Under the pieces are notes generated by a model. That model ran no database searches. It had not been told where the DNA came from and was given only the letters and a program-made list of their open reading frames with translations. A program made the position numbers and the translations under genes. Below, in pieces: positions 9,511-21,500 of a DNA stretch of 55,559 bases; position 1 is the first letter of the stretch, and the number at the start of each line of letters is the position of its first letter. This DNA comes from a virus. Lineage: Duplodnaviria > Caudoviricetes. The DNA is taken from IMG/VR virus record IMGVR_UViG_3300042293_000428, positions 1 to 55,559 of that record. The stretch is one strand, 5' to 3'.

Positions 9511-12500
9511 TTAACATTTATATTTTTTTATGAATTTACCAATTTCTGAAGGTGTGTACCCCATATCTGACATCATTTGATTAGTTATTTCACTAACTAG
9601 ATATGTGTTTTGATCTTTCAGTTGTAAAGATAACACATTTACATTATTAATCTCTGAAAAAAGTTTATCATCTGAAGAATCATCTACATCTGATAATGGA
9701 ATATCATCTTTTTGTTCAAATAAATTTTCTTTTAGCTTACGTTTATTTTTAGAAGCATCACTTATCTTACTACTTAAAGTTTTCTTACCAGTTCTACCAA
9801 AAGTATTTATAACTGCAGTGTCTCCTGTCTCATCAACTTTAATGAATCCATTATCTATAACTGATTCACGAGCATCATCATAGAATTCTTGAGCTCTAAA
9901 GCCATCTCCCCAAGCATTAACAGCTTTATAAACAAAATAGTCTTTATCATTTGATGAATGAATATATTCTAAATCTCTTATGTCATAAACCTTTTTGAAC
10001 AATCCTTTTTTCAAGAAAGAAAAATCACCTTCTTCTCTCATAGTAGACTCCTTCATTCCTTTAGGTATTTCTTTCCATGTGTATACAATGTACTCACTTT
10101 TACCTTCTGGAGATAATGTAGAAACAGATAATACTGGAGGGATATTTCCTTCTGCAATTTCAGCTTTGACATTTTTTGGTAAATATTTCATCGCAGGATT
10201 ATATATTCCAGTAAATGTTTTAATGGCTGATTTAGTTGGAACAATATCATCATTATTCCAATTGTTTCTTTGAAACACTCCTAAGTTATAGAAATCTTCC
10301 ATTTTAGGAAGTTCTTCTAACTTATCTAACACTCTACTATATATTTCTGAAAAATCTTCATAAGGAATAAGATTAGTAAATGATATAGGAGAAGTAGATA
10401 ATCCAGATTGTAAAACTGCCAATAATTTTAATTTATCATATATATTAGATTCTGATTTGTTTTGTCCTTTTAAATAATCACGAAGTTCTCTAAAAGCAAA
10501 TATGATATTGTTTTGATCATACACTTTATTATCTAAGCCCTTAATTTTAATATTAGTAGGATGACCTTCTCCAGATAGTTTAGAAGGAACCACTTCAATA
10601 ATATTAATTATTTCATTATCATATAGTTCATGTTCTGGATTTCGTTTTACAGATTTTACAAAATTTGTAACTTCTTCACCAATTCCACCTTCTTCTAATA
10701 ATATTCTAGCAATATCTTTATTGATAGATTCATTTCCTCCTTTAGTTTGTACTGCCCAATCAAAGAAATCATTTACAGCTTTACGAGAAAGTTTAACAAA
10801 ATCATTATCACTCATATCCACGTAAGGCTCAAGAACTTTTTGTATAATAGTTCTAGTTCTACGTTTATCTGATTTTAATATTTCAGCAAGAGCATTTCTA
10901 AAATCTCCAATTTTGTTTTGTAAATCCCCTAAGAAAGAATTATCAAGAATTTCATCAACATCAGAGATCACTGTCTTACGAGCTTTTTCTAATTGTTTTA
11001 ATTTTTTCCAAACAAGATTAGGGTCATTAAAGTTAGCTGTATCAAAGTTTGTTCCTTGTGTTACATGAAATAACTGTTCTCCCAGTTTAGCATATTTCAT
11101 AAACTCTAATAACATCATTTGTTGATTATACTTTTCAGATCTAGTTAATTCACTTATACTTTTTCCTAACATTCCTTCAAGTTCAGATTCACTTGGAATT
11201 CTAAAACCTTTTCTATCATTGAATAATTTTTTAGCATCCACCTCTCCTTTAGGATTATATTCACTTAACATATTTGTAACAAACTTAGGCATGAATAAAT
11301 AAGAATATCCAGCTTTCTCAATTGATTTTAAGTAATCTCTTATTATAGGTTGATTCATGAAATAAGCAATGTCATTGATAGGAACTCCTATCTTAACTAG
11401 AAACAACCAAGTAGAAGTTACATTTGGTGTAGCACCAAGTTCCATAATCCATGGACCTGCAGATATATCTACATATCCATCAATAAACTGTCCAATGATA
11501 TCAGAAATATCCTGACCATTTGGAAACTTTTTACTTCTTTCAGCATTTCTGATTTTTGATAATGTAGCTACACTTCCTTTATCTTTTGCTACTACAGAAT
11601 TATAATTTCTAAAATGTATAGACGCATCAGCTAACCACAATGCATCTTTATCATCAACATTGGCTAATCTTGATCTATCTATATAAACTAACTGTCTTTG
11701 ATTTAATGAATGATTAGTTTGATTTACAGCAGCAATACCAATAGCATATTTACCTGTAACAAAAGCATGTCTTAAAGATGACATAAACATTCTATTTAAC
11801 ATATTCCCTGCGTCTTTATAATTGAATGTACTTCCTGAAACTTTTTTAGCAATTTTTTCAGAAAGAGATTTCATATCCTCTGCAGAGTTAGGTTGAATCA
11901 ATCTTTCGTAATTAGATTTATGTACTGTAATATCTTGTAATGATTTTATATATGCATTCTCAACAGCTTTTCTAGTGTTTTGTTCATACTCTGACAGTTT
12001 AGAAAATTCTTCTAATGTAGGTAATTCATCAGTTTCTGCTATCTCTTTAGCAACTTCTAAATTATTAGTTGTCGTTTCTATTCCATATTTTTCTTCAACC
12101 TCATCTCTAATGGTATTCATTTTTGATGTAATCTCTAATACTGAAATATTTTTATTCTGTCTGAACATCTCTAGTGCATCTTTTGTAATAGTATTTACAT
12201 ACTCTTGTTTTGCACCAATAGCTACTAATTGTTGTTTGTAATATTCAGCAAGATCATTTAATGTATCAATCACTTCAGCATCTTCAGAAGATTCTATTTT
12301 TAATAATGTAAGTCCTAAATAGTTTTCTAATTCTACAGGACCATCTAGTCCTCTTAAACGTAATTCAATTTTTAAATCAGTATAATCATCTATCTCTTCT
12401 TGAGGAAGATTAAAAAACACTGTAGAAGATTCAGCAAACAATTCTTTAATATACAATTCTTGATCTGTAAGTTTTTCTTTTGCTACAGATACATTTTCTT

Positions 12501-15500
12501 GATATGAATTATAAAGTTCTTCTCTTCTTGTTCTAACATCTCCTTTATATTTAGCTTTAATCTCGTTTCTTAGATCATTGAATTTTTCTTTGATTTCTTT
12601 TACTGAAGGTTTAGCTAACCATTGAATATACTTCTTTGTATCTCTATTAGAATTTTCTAATACCCAGTCATAATAACGACTAGTTAATTTTTCTTCACCT
12701 TTTGTAAACTTAATTAGTTCAGGATAACCTTTACTGTTAACTTTTACATTCTTAAAATACATAGAAAGTTTATCGATATCAAAATCCGATCCAACTTTAG
12801 CAACTAGTGCAGAAGGAACCACAACAGAGTCTTTAAACTCTACAGGAAGAAATTGTTTTATTTTAAATACATCAATAGAGTTTTGTTTTTGTGTAGGAAT
12901 ACGATATGCAAATCCTTTAAGCATCTCTTGTCCTTCTTCTGTATTGTTTAAATAATCTAAAAGATCTTTATCTGATAGTTTACTTTTAAACCATCTTCCA
13001 ACCATCATTTCACATACATTGATTTCTTTATCTCCTTCTTTCATAGAATAGAAATCTAAAATATCAGACTGAAACACTAATGTATTTTTACCTTTTACTT
13101 TTCTAGTGATAGGTTTAATTTTATTTTCCTCTAATAATGCTGAAGAAATTTGTACTTTCATACCACCTGAAATTTTTGAAGATATAACTTCTCTATCAGC
13201 AATAGAATATAAAATGTTTCTAATTTGTTGATATGCTGGCGTAGCTTCTAATACTGAGTCACCTTTAATAAAATCATTTAAAGCCATCATGATATTACTA
13301 TTAACATGTCTTTTTAAAATTTCATTACGTAAAGTTGTAGCAGCTGAAGAAAAATTAACAATCTTAAATGATTTGGTTTTTACACCTTCTTTAGATTTAT
13401 AAATTATTTCTTCTATCCCTAAAGATCTTAGTAAGTTATTATATCCTTTATTAATAATAGATTCAAGAAGAGCTTGATTGTTTTGTATTTCTTTAAATAA
13501 AGGAGATGCTTCTTTTTTAGCATTCTCATCTAAAGTGTACCAAGCTTCATATCTATCTTCAAAACTTCCATCAGTCATAAAGTCTGTTGGAACTCCTGCC
13601 TCTAATGCATCTAATGTAACAAGTTTCGTAACTTGTGTTCCTCTTTTGATTTCATCTTTTTCTTTAAAAGGAACTTCTGATTGAACAGACATTATTTCAA
13701 AAGGAACATTCACTATGTTTCTTTTCTTACCTTTAGTTACATAAGGAGCATCATTAAAGTTTCCTTCAGCATCATATGTTGGATGAGCATTTATTGCTCC
13801 CACCTTTCTTGCTGACTTAAATATTATATAGTCTACACTTTCACTTTGCATTTTATTATACAACTTAACAGCATTTGAGTTAGGATTTAACTCACTCATT
13901 AATCTATAAGACAATGGGTATAGTGCAAACTTATCTAACACTACATCATTAAATGTATTACCATCTGCTTTGTTACCAGATACAATAGGTTTTAAGTCTG
14001 TAAATGCTGATTGAACTTTAGGATTTCCTGCATCTAGTATTTGAGTCTCTTCATAAGATATAGAATTATACAATTTTTCAGCAAGTTTTTTATCACCTGA
14101 TTTCTCAGCCTTCATTGCCTTATCTTGTTTCTCCCAAGCTATGTCATACTTATATTGTTTTTCATCTCCATCAGACCATTGTCCTGCTCTAATTCTAAAA
14201 TTACGATAAGCAGGGTAAGATATAATACCTGCACCATCTGTTTCTTTATACGGTTCATATCCAGGAAGATCAATTTCTCCAACAACATCTTGATGTGTTA
14301 CTGTTCTAAAATAACCTCTTGTAAAATCTGTATAACCTATATCGCCTTTTTTAAATCCTTTGTTCCAAATTGCATTGAACAATTGATTGATAGAATCTTT
14401 TCCACCAACTATTAATTGTCTAGGAGAGTTAAAACTTTTAGTTCTTTTTAACTCATCTTCATATTGATATGGATCAGAATAAAGAAGCTTGTGCATCTCA
14501 ATATTAGCAACCATATAATTAGCAGTGACAACTTTTAATTGTAAGTCCATTTCTTTCTCAGACATTCCTTTAGGAAACATTGTATTCTGAATTGTCAATT
14601 TTCCAAAATCATTTACACCGATTAAGCCATAAGATTCTAATACTTCTTTTAAGTTTTCTGCATCAGCAGTCATATAACTATCAATTGCACTGTTTATTTG
14701 TTTATCAAATTTTGAATATGTTTCTTCAAAAGAATGTGTTTTAGCATATTCAATAATTGTATCGTGTAATTTGTTTCTTTTATCTTCTTCAGATTCTTTT
14801 GTATTAGCCAATATAGATTTAAAGAAACGTAAATCTGTACGTTTTCTTCCTTCAGCTTCTACGAAAGGTCTATCTTTTTCTTGAGATACAGCTAGTTCTG
14901 AAAGAAAATAATCTTTGAATACTTTATGAACAGCAGTCATTCCAGATGATAACATCTTATAATCAAACTCATTGCCCATATAAATCATATGTTCAATAGA
15001 AGCATCTCCAGGAACAAGATTTAAAAACCATCCTTTAATATTAAGATTAAGTTCTTGTAATAATCTATCTTTATAATTTAACTTAGAAGATTGTTTTTTC
15101 TTACCAGTCATGTTGTTTTCAAATCCTCCAACATAACCAACAGTAAATAATGGAGTTTCTGATTTAGATTCTTTTTTAACTCCTTGTGATGTAAACATTC
15201 TTTTAAGAAGAGCAGAACCTTTTGTAAATGTATCTGATAATAAATAAGAGAATTGAGGAGTGGTAGATAACTCTTCTGGTGTTAAAGCATCTATTTGATC
15301 TAATGTTTCAAACAATTGACTTGCTGCATTAGGACCAATGTAAGCTTGTGTCATTTCTCCATTGATGTTGTAAAATGTACTATCTGTTTCTGGATTACTA
15401 ACTAAACTTTTAATTTCTGCAAGTTCATAAAGTCTATTGCCTATAGATAAAGTGGACATATAAAATGATGAAACCTTACCTATTGAATACAGACTACTTT

Positions 15501-18500
15501 TTAATCCTCCTACAGCTGATTTAAATTTTTCATATTGTTTAGGATTTTCTATTTCCAATCTATTTAATTCAGTTACAGTAAAAGGAACACCTAATTTATT
15601 TAAAAAGTTAACCATCCCTGTTTTTGAAACTAGACTAGTTTTATCTAGTTCTTTTCTATTAACAAAATAACCTTTAGATTTTGTAGAATATTTAAAAAAT
15701 CCTTTTTCTGATTTAGCATTTGTTGTAATAGAATTAAGATAAGTTTGTCTCAACTGTTCTGCAGCATTAGATAAGAATGCATTCTTAAGAATAACTTCTC
15801 CATTCTCAAGAACACTTACAACTTTAACTGTGGAATTGTATTTTTTAAATAATGACCATATAGAAGTGATTAATTGTAAATTACCTCTTGTTGTAACTTT
15901 ATTTAAAGCAAGTCCATTTTCAGCAACATCTTTTTTAGTAATACGTTTATAAAGTGTTTTGTAATTAATGTCACTCTTTGCTAGAGTTTTTAATTTCTCT
16001 AACATTTCATCTATGTTTCTTGCATCTGCTAATGTATTCAATAATGTAATATTAACTTGACTTACAGGAATAAGTCTAGCTCCATTAATAGAAGATTCAT
16101 CTAATTTACCTTCATCATTCAAATAAGGAACTGTAGAAAGTAAAAGTTTAATAGCTCTGTTTGCTTTTTTAAATGCATCTATTTTAGTTGCATCAAACTT
16201 ATCACTTTCTTTAATGATGTTATCATCATTAAGTTGTATGTTATCATTTTCATCAAACTCTACACTATATCCTTTTAAATAGTCTTCATATTGATCTACA
16301 ATTGAATCCCATCCATCTTGGATTTCTGTAATTAGCCCATCAATTTTTTGTAATTCTTCATTTCTAACTCTCTTTCCTATTTTCTCTTCTTCATATAAGT
16401 CATTTATAATAAAAGTATCTTGAGTTATTCTATTTAAAATATCTTTCTTTAAACCATCATATAAATCTAATTTAGATATTTTAGGATCTTGAAATAAACT
16501 AGCATCATCTTCAGTTAATTTTAATAAGGTGGCATACGTCATATGCTCTATAACTTCATGACGTATCTTATCTGATAGTCTAACCACTTCACTAAACTGT
16601 GCACCTGTAGTATTTGTTACTTCATCTATTTCAATAAATCCTTTATTAGCAAAAGACAATTCTGCAGCATAAGGAGTTGATTTAGCAAAATACCCCGATG
16701 TTATTTTTTCAAATAGTTTATCTGTGTTACTTTGAGAGTTTGGCCCCAAGAACATTTCTTTAATGAACTTAACAAGATCATCAAATAATTTTGCTATAAA
16801 AGATCTTCCTTCAACTGGTTTACTAGGAGTTTTTCCTTCTTGTACATAATCTCTAAATTCTTCTGCTAAATGTTCTTCTAACTGAATATCTGTAGCATCA
16901 GAAAAAGAAATATCTGTTCTTGATGTTCTATCAAAAAAGGTTCCTTTTTTAGTTCTTAATTCGTTAAGTATTGCTTTTTGTTCTTGTGGAGATGTAAACA
17001 TTCTCCATACAGCATGAAATACTTCGTGATATGTTGTACCTACCTCTGCATTCTCATATACATAAACTGCAGCATCTTTAAACATACCATAAGCTTGTCT
17101 TCCATTAGTAGCTTGAATTAAATTTTTAACTCTATAAAAAGGAATTGTAGGAAGAACTTTTTTAATAAAGTCTTCTATACTATTCCAATCTTCTGTTTCA
17201 ATTCCTTCTACATAATTTAATATTTTTTCACGTAATGCCTCTTCCCCACCTTTATTCCTTTTAGCATTTTTCATTAAATTTTTCAAGTTGTCACTAATAG
17301 GAGCTTCATCTTCATCTTCTTTTAAAGATTTTTTTGATTTAGGAGTTGTTTTACCAACTGTAACTCCTTTAGTAAACATGCTATCAAAATCTTCGTCTTC
17401 TTCTTCAACTTGTTCTTCTTCTTCTTCTCTACTTTCAAGAACAGTTATTACATGTTTTGTAATAGTTGATTTTAAAAGTTGTTCAGCATTCTTACCTTTG
17501 TTTGCAGGATTGCTACCAATTTTCTCAACAACAGCATCATAATCTCCTTCATCTGTAACAATAATGACACCCTTACCTTTCATGTTTAAAACATTAGGGT
17601 GAACTACATAACTAATCTTCTTCCCATCAGGAAAGGTGAATGTATTAATAGTTTCCATATCTGGATCTATGTCAGTATTATCTATTTCTACATCTTCTTC
17701 TTTTGAAGGTTTTTTTCCTGGTTCTTTTTTAAATGATTTACCTTTTGCAAAATCTTTTGTTTTTGTAGATTTTTTTGTATTAACTGGAGCTCTTTTTTTA
17801 CTAGGTTTTTTAACAACTTTTTTAGTTTCAGCAAATGCATAATCATCAGCATTGTCTGTTGTATAAAAATAAATACCAGATCTATTTACATCTTCTACAT
17901 CATTCAAAGGACGCATTGCTGTAGATAATGGAGTGTTATTCATTTCTCTAGCTTCTCCTGAAGGTAATGTACTAGATAAAAGATATGATTGGTAGTTTTG
18001 CCATGTTACAGATTCAACTTGACCATCTTCAGAAATAGAAACTATTTGTTCATACTCACGATTAATATCATCGAGCATTTGGGAATTAACATTCCCATAA
18101 ATATCCATAATCTTTTCTATAACAGAATTTTTATTTCTTAAAAGTTCTGTTGGAGTAAATGTAAAATCTAATCCTTCTTTAGATATTGTTAGTTTAAGTG
18201 CGCCAGTCTTTTCATCAGTTTCAAAAAAGATACTATTATACCCAGCTGGTTTTTTATTTCCTTGAGCATCTATAGGAATACCCCAATACACAACAGATTT
18301 TAAATATTCTAGTATACGAGTAGGTTCAGGATCTTTCATATCCTGATATATATCATTAGCGTATTCTGCCAATTTAACTAATGCATCAAATATTGATGAA
18401 GCTTCTTGTTCTGTATGCTTTCTATTTTGTACAGGCACAAGAGCATTTGGTAATTGTACAAACACTTTACCTGTTGCACTATCATAAGATGTTAATCCTT

Positions 18501-21500
18501 GAGAACCTTCTGCTTCTGTTTTTGGAACTCTCAACACTATTTTTGTTTCAAGATCTTCTTGAGAAACTAATCCTGCATCTAGAACACTAGTTCTAGCATC
18601 GTAATCAGGTTCATTGTTTTCATCTAATACAAATTGAGGAATACCAAAAGAAGCTCCTACACTATGAAGATCTTCTACTTTAGTTTGTTTTAAAACTTTT
18701 TTCTTCCAATCAGCATATGCTTTTCTAACTGCTTTTTCAATTTCTTCAGAAGTATTTTTTCTGAACATACTTTCTTCAGTCTTACCATCTTTGCTCCATT
18801 TAGCATTCCATGTAAGTTTATCATCAGCAAATACTTGATACACACCTTTACTAATATATTCTGTTCTATTAGTAATTGGTTGCCCAAATTCATCTACTGG
18901 AATACCTTCTTCATTGACCATTAATAAAGCCACTGTAGAATCAGTATCTATACTATCATCTATGTTACCTCTTTCATTTATTTTTAAATGATCCATCAAT
19001 CCAGGAATCTTTTCATCCTGATTATTCTTTGTAATATAAACTCCATAGACAGATCCTTCAGGAAAACTATCTAGTCTTGCCCCAAAGTTATTTGCTCTTA
19101 CTTGATGTGGCTTTCCTGTATTAGGAGCCATTGTGGCTCTACCAATTACTTCACTTGATTTTTTAGCAACTGGTTCATATTTACCTCCCTGTCTTTTATT
19201 TTGTATAGCCTTTACATCTTTTGTTGCTTCAAGTTCTGCTTTACGCTCCTTGTTAGTAGCCATAGCTTTCTGTTCTTCTTCTATACGATTTTGTTCTTCT
19301 ACAAAAGATTCAAACTTACTTAGCACTTTACCAGTAGCAATGTATCTATTTACAAGATCATCCAATCCTTGAATAAGTTCTTCTAGTTCTTTAGGGAGAG
19401 TTTCAACTTTTCTTGTTAGCTCAGGAAGGCCATGTTCTTCTTGATATTCATATATAGAATCTTGTAGACTAGAAACAAGTTCAGTGAGACCTTCTCTATT
19501 AGCAATGTAATATTTAGCTCCCTCTTCTCCTAACATTTTTTCAACTCTAGATTGTAATTCATCTAAGTATAATGGAACAATTACATTGTCTGTTCTTTTT
19601 ACACTAGCTTTTAAATTATCAATATATTCGTTAAAACTTTCTAATGTTTTTTTGTATAACTCATCAATGAGTTCTGTCATCTTCTTATTATCACTAATAG
19701 CTTTATCAGTCACCTCATATAAATCACTTAGCACTTTAAGATCACTATTTAACTGATCAATAAAATCTTGACTACCTCCTTCAAAGTTTTTGTATTCTTC
19801 AATCAAAGATTCAAAGTAAGGAATGTCATATTCAAGATCAGCTTTTCTATCCAACAACACTTCATTTTCTAACTCAATATCTTCTCTAAGTTTTGATAAA
19901 GAGTCTAAAGTTTTCTGTAAAGTTTTACTAATTCTAGCTCTAGGCTTACCTGTTTTTGTTAACTTAAGATCATCTATCTCTTCAGCAATTTTTTGAATCT
20001 TTTCTTTATTGCTTTGAAGTTTATTATTAATAGATTCAACTTGTTCTACAGCATCTTCGTAAAGATCTTTTATAATTTTATTCCTTGCTTCAACACTTTC
20101 TCTATATTGACTAGCATTGTCTGTAGCCAAAGCTTCAAGAAGTTCTCTAATTGACATCTCTGTTTCAGAATCATATTTCTCAAGAGCTTCAATCATCGGT
20201 AAAGAAAATCCTTTTTGTTTTTCAAATTGCTTTGTTGTAACAGGTTTACTTCTTTCTTTACCTCTAGCATCAATGTAGTAAAATTCTAATGTATCTTTTT
20301 CAGCATTATATCTAACTCTACCTTGTCTAGGATTACCATCTTTATCTTTAAATCCTTTGTGTTGAAATAATTTGTTTCTATTTTTTATTGTAAATTTTGC
20401 AAGAGGATTTGCAAGAGTTTCTTCTAACCCTTGTAAATCATAAGATTCTAATTTCTCTGGAGATACATTAAATGTTTCTTTAGTTTTAACATCATACATT
20501 TGTATGGTGCCATCTTCATTCATTCCTAAAATCTTAACAGTAGGAGTTCTATATATAGGTTGTCCATCTTTTGTATATTCTATAACTTCTCCTAAAAAAT
20601 ACTTCTTTCCTATAACATAATCAGATTCACCAGTTTTAGTTTTAATCTTAACTGTTCCAAGATTTTCATCTTCTTCAGTTTTTGAATAATCAAAAGCTTT
20701 AGCTTTATATTTTTCAGGATTGTTTTTTATATCACTATATTGCTTTAAAAGAAAATCTCTTTTAGCAGTCATGAAAGCAGCATCATCTAATGCTTCAATA
20801 AGTTCTTCTTTATTGATAAGTTTACTTGCTTCAAGATTAGCAACAGCTATATTAAATGTATCTAATTTACCTTCAGAAACATCTTGTAAAATTTCATCTA
20901 TATTATTTACACTTCCTAATAATTGACTCTTTAAAGATGGAATTCTTTGTTCATAGTCTGAAATTTTAGTTGCGCCATATACCATTTTATCAATTACAGC
21001 AGAACTATATATAGGATTTTTTTCTTCATCTACTTGTCCACTATAACGTAAGTTTAAAGTTTGGTATAAAGATTTTACATTATTAGCAGTTTGTTCAAAA
21101 TTATTAAGTCTAGCTAAAAATGCTTCTCTAGTATCTGTAGGAAGAGCTTTTCCTTCTTTTACTAATTCATTAAATCCATCATCAGTACTAGCAAGAGTTC
21201 TATAATCATCTATTTCAGCTTTTACTAAATCAAATCTTCCAAATTTAATTCTAGGAGTAAGATAATTAATAATGTAATCTGTTTCTTTATCTTTACTTTC
21301 AGTAATATTTCCTTCTGTTAATAATTGTTCTCTTTCTTCTTGTAGAACAGTTCCTCTATTTACAGAATCTTTTGTTTCTTTAGTAAAATCAGATAACTGA
21401 TAGTTATTAAATTGTTTTACTGCTTCTGCTGTATTTAATGATTTTGCTCTTGCTTCTTGGAAGTTGCTTTTTCCCATCATTATTGCACCAGACAAACCAC

